Shown here: one piece after another, positions 57,493-64,000 of the stretch
How the letters are laid out: every line of letters starts with the position of its first letter
How positions within the stretch are numbered: position 1 is the stretch's first letter
Assembly: GCA_963804955.1 (NCBI GenBank)
Contig: CAWDSQ010000024.1
Location: 128,001-192,000, forward strand
Length of the DNA: 64,000 bases
Source: an uncultured delta proteobacterium
GTDB taxonomy: Bacteria > Desulfobacterota > WTBG01 > CAIYCZ01 > CAIRTM01
Reading direction: 5' to 3'
Translations under genes and position numbers: made by a program
The notes under the pieces: model-generated
Seen by the model: the letters and a program-made list of their open reading frames with translations, nothing else
Told to the model about the DNA's origin: nothing
Database searches by the model: none

Positions 57493-58107
57493 TCAGTCAA
57501 ACGGCGTTTCATTCATCAGGCGCACGACCGGGACGCCGTCAAAAAAATCTATAATATTCAGGCCTCCATACGCCTGATCAATACGGGGTATCATTTTCAA
57601 ATCAAGCCCGAGGGCATGACACAGAATAACACGGTTCACACCGCCATGGGCAACCAGCAGTATATTTTTGCCCTGGTGCTGATCAAGGCAGGCTGTCAGG
57701 CGCGGTATCACACGGTCGCGCATGTCGATAAAACTTTCGCCGCCCTGTATCCTGTAGCCCGCTATATCCGCGGAGCGTTGATCAAACTCCTGAGTAAAAC
57801 GCGCCGTAATCTCTTCGCGGGTCAAGCCCTCCCACTGTCCGAGATGTATCTCCCTGAAAGCAGGCTCCGCTGCCGGCTCAAGACCGATAGCTTTGCCGAT
57901 AATCCAGGCAGACTCTACCGTGCGCATAAGGTCGCTGGACAGCAGCACATCTATTTTTTCCATGCTCAGCCTTCGGGCAAGACGGGATATCTGGGCCCTG
58001 CCTTTATCATTGAGAGCCACATCCATATGCCCCACATACCGCCATTCATGGGAGGTGACGAGCTCGCCATGCCGCGCAAGATAGAGCCGGGTCCGGCCGG
58101 CGCTCAT
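57493..58107 (-). CDS. Histidine phosphatase (CobC/phosphoglycerate mutase family)
   Basis: LYLARHGE, SSDL.R, EI.LG.WEG, GGES, VAHGGVNR. Confidence 0.88.
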   Translation of the reverse strand: MSAGRTRLYLARHGELVTSHEWRYVGHMDVALNDKGRAQISRLARRLSMEKIDVLLSSDLMRTVESAWIIGKAIGLEPAAEPAFREIHLGQWEGLTREEITARFTQEFDQRSADIAGYRIQGGESFIDMRDRVIPRLTACLDQHQGKNILLVAHGGVNRVILCHALGLDLKMIPRIDQAYGGLNIIDFFDGVPVVRLMNETPFD

Positions 58108-58263
58108 CTGCTCAAGCTCACGGTGTAAGGAAAAACGGAGTCGATGCGTTTTTCTGCTCAATAGTCAGGGAACTGCTCATGGTGTGATCAGTATGAAAAT
58201 AATGGGGTTGTTAACGCATACAAACACAGCGCCGCCCATACCGCGCATCTCTGCAAAGCAGCC

Positions 58264-60427
58264 TCAGAGATGCATCCGGTCACGGATCATACGCACCATT
58301 GTTGTATTTTCGGTATGCCCGGTCATATTTGCAGTAATCCGTGCGCGGATGGGGCGCCCAAGCAGGTAGAAATCTCCTATCATGTCAAGAATCTTATGCC
58401 GCACAAATTCATCGGGAAACCGGAGCTCGGTGTTCACAATCTTCTCATTGTCGATAAGAATAAAGTTATTGAGCTTGCCGCCGCTTGCCAGCCCCCGCTC
58501 TTGAAGGGCCTCAATGTCGCGTAAAAAGCCGAATGTGCGCGCCGGAGCAATCTCCTTCTTGAAGGCTTCCTCGTCGTTCATGATAAAGGTGTATTCCTGC
58601 CGTCCGACCGGCTTTGGATACTGCAGCATATAATGAATTGAAAATCGCTCCGCCGGCTCGACTATCATGTGCTTTTTAGCGCCATCGATTTCACCGACAA
58701 CGAATTTTTCCGTCAGAATGATGTCATCGGCAGGAGCGTCCTGCTCTTCAATGCCCGCATCCTCAATCATCTTGCAGAAATCAACGGCAGAACCGTCCAT
58801 GATGGGCACTTCATTATTGATCTTGATCATGAGATTTGTGATGCGATAGGCATGCAGCGTTGCAAGGCAATGCTCTATCGTTCGTGCTGTTGAGTTGGTA
58901 TTCTGCAGGCATGTTGAATAGTCGGTTGACACAACATAATCGATAGACGCAGGAATAGTATCGTCGCTTGAAATATTGCCGAATACGATGCCGCTGCCGG
59001 GAGGCAGCGGGGTTAAAATAAGGCCTGTTTTGTCTCCGGAATGCAGGCCCTGACCGCTCACGACCATGGCACTCTTAAGCGTTCTCTGAAATCGTTTACC
59101 TGAAGGATTTTCTTTGGCAAAAACAATGCCGTACTCCTTTATTAATTTCTTCAGCTCCTTCTCCCTGATGTGTATTGCGGCAGCCGTTTTCGCTACATTG
59201 CGATCATTTTTGCGCAAATGATGCAGCAGATAATTTTTACGCCAGGCAACTTCAGCCTCTGCCATGCTTGCACATTGCTCATAGGAGCGGGATGAGGCAT
59301 GCTGAGACTCTTCGCGTATGGCCGAGGGCAAATCCTGAGCGGAAATGGTTTTTGTCGGTACCGATACAGCCATTTTTTCAGTGAGATTCTTCAGTTCCTT
59401 AACATTGCCCGGCCAATCATAGTTCACCAGAAGTTCAAGAGACTCGTCATCAAACTGCTTTTCCCTGCAGCTGTATTCCTTGCAGAACTGGCCGAGAAAA
59501 GCGTTGAGCATAACCGGTATATCGCTGCGGCGCTCACGCAGGGGTGGCAGCAGTATCGTGTGCTGAAAACTCTCGGCAAGCGACTTCTTCAAAACTCCGT
59601 CACCCGCTGTTTTGATCGTTGCTCCGACAACCCGCAAACATCCTTCTTCTGTATGCAGCAGCTTGCCCAGCTGATCGGCAAGCCGCTTTTGCATGTCGGG
59701 AGGAACCGCATCAAGCGCCTGCAAAAACAGCACCCCCGTCGCCTCTCCGGTCAGCAGGCCATGCTTGCCGGGCTGGTTGTCGCCGAAAAGTTTTGCCGCA
59801 AGTTCAGCAGGCGTCAAAAAAGCACAATTGATCTTTGTAAAGGTTTTTTTCTTAAATCCGGATCCGCTGTGGATCAACTGCGCCGCATGCTCCTTACCCG
59901 TTCCGATTTCACCCAAAAGCAGAATATGCCCCCTGCCGGATGCAGCGCTTTTGATCTGGTCCATGGCCCTTAAAATTGCATGACTCTCTCCGGACAAAGC
60001 CGGCAGTTCTTCGCGGGCATCTGCGGTTTTCGATCCTGCAGAGCTTTTGCCTGCCGTCTGCTGTTTTTCCTTGATCTTTCTTATGATATCGATAACGGCA
60101 TCAAACGAAAAAGGTTTTTCGAGAAAATCGAAGGCTCCGTGCTTCACTGCCTGAACCGCCGTATTCACCGTGCCGTGACCGGTCATCATAACAATATCAA
60201 TAGCACTGTCAAAGTCCTTAACAGCCTTCAAGGTCTGAATGCCGTCCATCCCGGGAAGCCAGATATCAAGAAAAATAATATCCACAGGATTGAGATTTTA
60301 CGATCTCCAGAGCACGGTTGCCGTCTGAGGCCGTCAGCAGAATATGGCCCTCGTCCTCAAGGCTGCCTCGAAGCGAATTTACAATGGAAGGTTCGTCGTC
60401 AACCAGCAGTATTGCTAAATTTTTCAT
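58264..60427 (-). CDS. lpxC: NtrX-like REC-AAA+-HTH protein fused to UDP-3-O-acyl-GlcNAc deacetylase (indels near 60290-60345 in the REC N-terminus)
   Basis: LVDDE, LDIWLPGMDG, GEIGTGKE, WPGNVKEL; then in frame QRTL, GLHSG, TIEHCLA, PIMDGSA, ARTFGF, RHKILDMIGD. Confidence 0.88.
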
Positions 60428-62690
60428 TATACGTTTCCCTTCTGAAGCTTATGGTCGGTGATACCGGCAGCTGAATGATGAAACAGGCGCCTCTCGGCTG
60501 ATTGTCGCGCACGCGAATAAATCCATTGTGGTCTGATACAATCGTGTTGACGATAGCCAGCCCCAGACCGGTTCCGGCCTGTTTTGTGGAAAAATAAGGA
60601 TCAAAAATTTTGGTTTTAAGCGCAGGCGGGATGCCGCAGCCGGTGTCCGCAACCTCGATGATTACCACGTCAAGGGCCTGATTGTATGCTGTCTTGACCG
60701 TTACCGTTCCGCCATTTTCCATGGAGTGAACCGCATTGTCAAGCAGATTGATAAGCACGCGTTTTATCTGGTCCCGGTCAAAATTAAACCGGATCGTGTC
60801 CAGCTCACGCACGGCGCTGAAAACAATGGTTTTATGCGCTTCACGGTACAACTTGAGGGTCTCATCAACGACTTCGTTGAGCTCATTGGGCAGGGGATTG
60901 GTTGCCGGCATACGGGCAAAACTCGAAAACTCATTGACCATGGTTTTGAGTTCATCGACCTGATTGATGATAACCGTTGTGCATTCATCAAACACCCCCA
61001 CATCGGATGTGATCTGATGCTGAAACTTCTTCTTCAGCCGTTGAGCTGAAAGCTTGATCGGCGTGAGCGGGTTCTTTACCTCATGGGCTATCCTGCGCGC
61101 AACCTCTTTCCATGCAAATGCCCGCTGCGCCTGCTGCAGCTGGGTGAGGTCTTCGGCAACCAGAACAAGCCCCATGCTTGTGCCCTCGGCGTCAAAAAAC
61201 ATATTGGAGCGCACGTACAAAAACACCATCCTGTCGGCAAGCGACAATGCTATCTGCTGCTCGACGGATCGAAGCCGGCTGACAAGAACCTCGCTGATAA
61301 AATCCTTTAGCGGCGCGAGCTCTTCATGCGCAAACACATCACCGTATGGGCGGTTGACGACCTGCGCAAAGGTGGTATTGAACATGCGTTCCGCTGAATT
61401 ATTGAATGCAGTAATGACACCGTCCTGATCGGTTGAAACAACAACGGAGGCGACATTATCAAGCAAAATCTCCATATACAGCCGCCGGTGCTCAAGCTCC
61501 CGGATGGTTTCCCGCAGGTTGCTGGTCGTTGATTCAACCTGCTGCGTGCTTGCTTTGAGATCATGGGTCATTTTATTGAATGAATGTATCAGGCTGCCGA
61601 TCTCGTCATCGGACGACGGCTCTATCACAACATCCAGATTCCCCTGAGCTATCTGTTCTGTCGCAGTCGCCAGTGAGCTGATGGGTACGGATATCACCTT
61701 TGAAAGGTGAAATCCGAACCACGTTGCAGAAAAAATAATCAGCAGCGTCACGGCAGACAGCAAAATAATATAAATGCCCTTAATGGGGCCCTTGGATATT
61801 TTAAGCTGTTTATATTCCTGATACGCCCGGTTGATCTCGTCCATTTTGATGACAAGACTCTTGGGATTATAAAAATTTACAATCACGGCGCCAACTATCT
61901 CCTGCTTGCCACCCGCAGGCCGCACAGGAACAACGCCGCGAACGATATCTCCGTTGTCGGCAGGCTGAATGCGGGTAACCTCCTTGCCTTCGAGCGCCAG
62001 GCGCACAAGGGCCGCATCTGATCCTATAAAATCCTTCTCGGGCACATCGGCACGGGCAACTTTGACCAGCAGCTCTCCACTGGCTGAAAATATCTCGACC
62101 ACGCCAAGATCGTACTCGGACTGTTTTTCAGCTACCAGCCTCCATAAGGGCTCTGATGCACGATCCCCGAGCATTTTTTTTGCTGCGATACTGCCTGCAA
62201 TCTGGCGGGCGTAGTGGAGCGCTTTTGAGGACGAGTTGCGGTAATAGGCATCAACAACATTGAGTGACTCTTCAAGAGAATTCTCAACTTTAAAGCTGAA
62301 CCAGTTTTCAATCGTATTGGTTATAAAACTGATGGATACCCAGAACAGCAGCATGGTCGGCACCAGGGACAGCCCCACAAAAGCTATGACCAGCTTTGTG
62401 CGCAGCTTCGACCCCAAAATGCCCCTTCTGCGCTCGAAAAAAAGCTTCACAACATTGCGCACAACAAGAAAAAGCAGAAGCAGCAGCAAAATAGCATTCA
62501 GATTGATGAGACTGAAAACAAGAATATTCTGCGGCAGAAGAGCCTCGCCGCTGCGGCCGGTCACATACATCAACAGCGATGTGAGGGCAATGACGACCGG
62601 TATGGCAATAAAAATAATAGTCTGTTCCCGCTTGCGTCGCTTCTGCTCCTCCCGCATCTGACGCTGGAGCCTGTCATTGTCGATGGCCAT
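60399..62690 (-). CDS. ntrY: NtrY-like sensor histidine kinase (TM-HAMP-PAS-HisKA-HATPase)
   Basis: GSKLRTKL, AWKEVARRIAHEVKNPLTPIKLSAQRL, NL.DNA, GTGLGL. Confidence 0.9.
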   Translation of the reverse strand: MAIDNDRLQRQMREEQKRRKREQTIIFIAIPVVIALTSLLMYVTGRSGEALLPQNILVFSLINLNAILLLLLLFLVVRNVVKLFFERRRGILGSKLRTKLVIAFVGLSLVPTMLLFWVSISFITNTIENWFSFKVENSLEESLNVVDAYYRNSSSKALHYARQIAGSIAAKKMLGDRASEPLWRLVAEKQSEYDLGVVEIFSASGELLVKVARADVPEKDFIGSDAALVRLALEGKEVTRIQPADNGDIVRGVVPVRPAGGKQEIVGAVIVNFYNPKSLVIKMDEINRAYQEYKQLKISKGPIKGIYIILLSAVTLLIIFSATWFGFHLSKVISVPISSLATATEQIAQGNLDVVIEPSSDDEIGSLIHSFNKMTHDLKASTQQVESTTSNLRETIRELEHRRLYMEILLDNVASVVVSTDQDGVITAFNNSAERMFNTTFAQVVNRPYGDVFAHEELAPLKDFISEVLVSRLRSVEQQIALSLADRMVFLYVRSNMFFDAEGTSMGLVLVAEDLTQLQQAQRAFAWKEVARRIAHEVKNPLTPIKLSAQRLKKKFQHQITSDVGVFDECTTVIINQVDELKTMVNEFSSFARMPATNPLPNELNEVVDETLKLYREAHKTIVFSAVRELDTIRFNFDRDQIKRVLINLLDNAVHSMENGGTVTVKTAYNQALDVVIIEVADTGCGIPPALKTKIFDPYFSTKQAGTGLGLAIVNTIVSDHNGFIRVRDNQPRGACFIIQLPVSPTISFRRETYNEKFSNTAG

Positions 62691-63011
62691 GGTAGGTCTA
62701 TCCTTCGAGAGTGCTGAGTTTTTATAACCATAACACATATTCGGGTTGAGTTGCATGTGTTAAAATACTGCATCCCGGGCTGATACAATAAACAACAGCA
62801 GAAGGTAACCGAAGGCAAAAAAACATATTTTTCTATAAGATTTTTTAGCACCTTCTGCAGTATAATGATATGAATAACCTTGACAATGCAGTTGAATTAT
62901 GTTTTTTTATACGTTCGTATTTTGTGGAAGAACATAAAACTCAAATTATTGTAACAGCTTAATAAAACGCACTACATCCAAAGCACTATTTAAGAAAACA
63001 GGGAGACGACC

Positions 63012-63146
63012 TTGAAACAGACATTCCAGCCAAGCATCTTAAAACGCAAAAGAACTCATGGGTTTCTTGAGCGCATGAGCACAAAGTCAGGACAGAACGT
63101 CATCAAAAGAAGGCGGCGAAAAGGCAGAAAAGTGCTGAGTGCATAA
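63012..63146 (+). CDS. rpmH: 50S ribosomal protein L34
   Basis: TTG start; [20 protein letters not shown]...[12 protein letters not shown]. Confidence 0.95.
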   Translation: MKQTFQPSILKRKRTHGFLERMSTKSGQNVIKRRRRKGRKVLSA

Positions 63147-63158
63147 CGCAAAAGATAT

Positions 63159-63497
63159 ATGTCCAACTTCTCCTTAAAACGCGCTGAAAAAATAAAAAAA
63201 AGCGCTGAATTTCTAATTATATATCGAAAAGGAGCAAGAAAAGAGTCTCGGCACTTCAAGGTTGCAATCCTGGGGAACAACCTTCCATGGAGCCGTTTGG
63301 GGATAACCGTCAGCAAAAAAATCGGCAACTCGGTACAGCGCAACCATGTAAAGCGCCGTATACGGGAATATTTCAGACTGCATAAAGCATTGCTGCCAGC
63401 ATCAAGCGATATTGTTTTTACGGCAAAACCTGGGGCGGATCATCTGCTCTATGCGGGCATAGCCAGCGAAATCGACCGGTTATTTGATTGCTCATGA
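63159..63497 (+). CDS. rnpA: Ribonuclease P protein component
   Basis: RLGITVSKKIGNSVQRNHVKRRIRE. Confidence 0.95.
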   Translation: MSNFSLKRAEKIKKSAEFLIIYRKGARKESRHFKVAILGNNLPWSRLGITVSKKIGNSVQRNHVKRRIREYFRLHKALLPASSDIVFTAKPGADHLLYAGIASEIDRLFDCS

Positions 63498-63514
63498 ACC
63501 TGAATCGCATTTGA

Positions 63515-63766
63515 ATGAATAAACAAATACTTTGTTCTGTATCGGAGCCCGGCAACCGGATTAACAGGGTCTCCATATTTCTCATACGCTGTTACCAGGT
63601 GCTGGTATCTCCCTGTCTTGGTTCTCACTGCCGTTTTATCCCCACCTGCTCCAATTATGCCATAACGGCCTTTGCAAAGTACCCATTTTTCAAAGCATGC
63701 CGGCTCACATGCTGTCGTCTGCTCAAATGCCATCCGTTTCATCCGGGCGGCTATGATCCGGTCTAA
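63515..63766 (+). CDS. yidD: Membrane protein insertion efficiency factor
   Basis: [11 protein letters not shown] and [16 protein letters not shown]. Confidence 0.95.
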   Translation: MNKQILCSVSEPGNRINRVSIFLIRCYQVLVSPCLGSHCRFIPTCSNYAITAFAKYPFFKACRLTCCRLLKCHPFHPGGYDPV

Positions 63767-63862
63767 ATTTTTTACGACTGCCACACGACACTACAAGGAG
63801 CAACCAGGGATTCAGCATGTCGGCTGAATCCATGCAATCAATCCTTAAATAAGGAACTGTTC

Positions 63863-64000
63863 ATGGATAATGAAAAAAGAATTCTCCTGGCTGTTGCGCT
63901 CTCAATTGCCGTACTTTTCAGCTATCAGTACCTGTTCACCCCACCTGCCAAAAAGGCAGACACCCAGGCTGTCCCGGCAGCTGAAAAAACGCACAATGCT
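63863..64000 (+). CDS. yidC: Membrane protein insertase YidC (N-terminus only; truncated by the window)
   Basis: MDNEKRILLAVALS.AVL..YQY; conserved rpmH-rnpA-yidD-yidC order. Confidence 0.85.
   Translation, partial: MDNEKRILLAVALSIAVLFSYQYLFTPPAKKADTQAVPAAEKTHNA

Noticed and set aside
56887..58128. 413-aa plus-strand ORF (and similar long antisense ORFs at 11850, 15887 and 27077)
   Set aside because: They are shadows of well-supported genes on the opposite strand and show no motifs.
60399..60427. Overlap of the ntrY end with the regulator start
   Set aside because: A TAATG at the regulator start suggests that a late indel extended ntrY.

Overview
This 64 kb window is chromosomal DNA from an anaerobic Deltaproteobacteria-like (Desulfobacterota-type) bacterium. 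That placement is inferred from gene content and the look of the rRNA, not from a search. Many conserved genes (etfA, EMO, galE, mrcB, tyrS, rny, dnaJ) carry single-base indels, typical of an unpolished long-read assembly, so most frameshifts are treated as errors. Core content: EtfA plus a membrane FeS/heme oxidoreductase, mscL, trpE/trpG/galE, csp, PBP1B, a full minus-strand rRNA operon (16S, tRNA-Ile, tRNA-Ala, 23S, 5S), tyrS, rny, zapA/zapB, an HDAC, tatA/tatC, dnaJ, a U32 pair, ntrY, and rpmH-rnpA-yidD-yidC. A mosaic accessory region spans about 13.9-42 kb. Highlights: (1) an IS1111-type IS110 element inserted at the CT of a REP. All four bridge-RNA guides and a junction TTGACA-17-TACTAT promoter can be read directly from the sequence. 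(2) An NtrX-like receiver/degenerate AAA+/HTH protein fused in frame to LpxC, directly downstream of NtrY. (3) An orphan bchF homolog with no photosynthesis genes nearby. (4) An ExbB/MotA protein with a zinc ribbon and long helical tail, plus two different ExbD-like partners. (5) A probable MgtL-like leader-peptide switch in front of an MgtE_N-CorA chimera. (6) Two cases of gene 3'-end duplications bracketing cargo genes.
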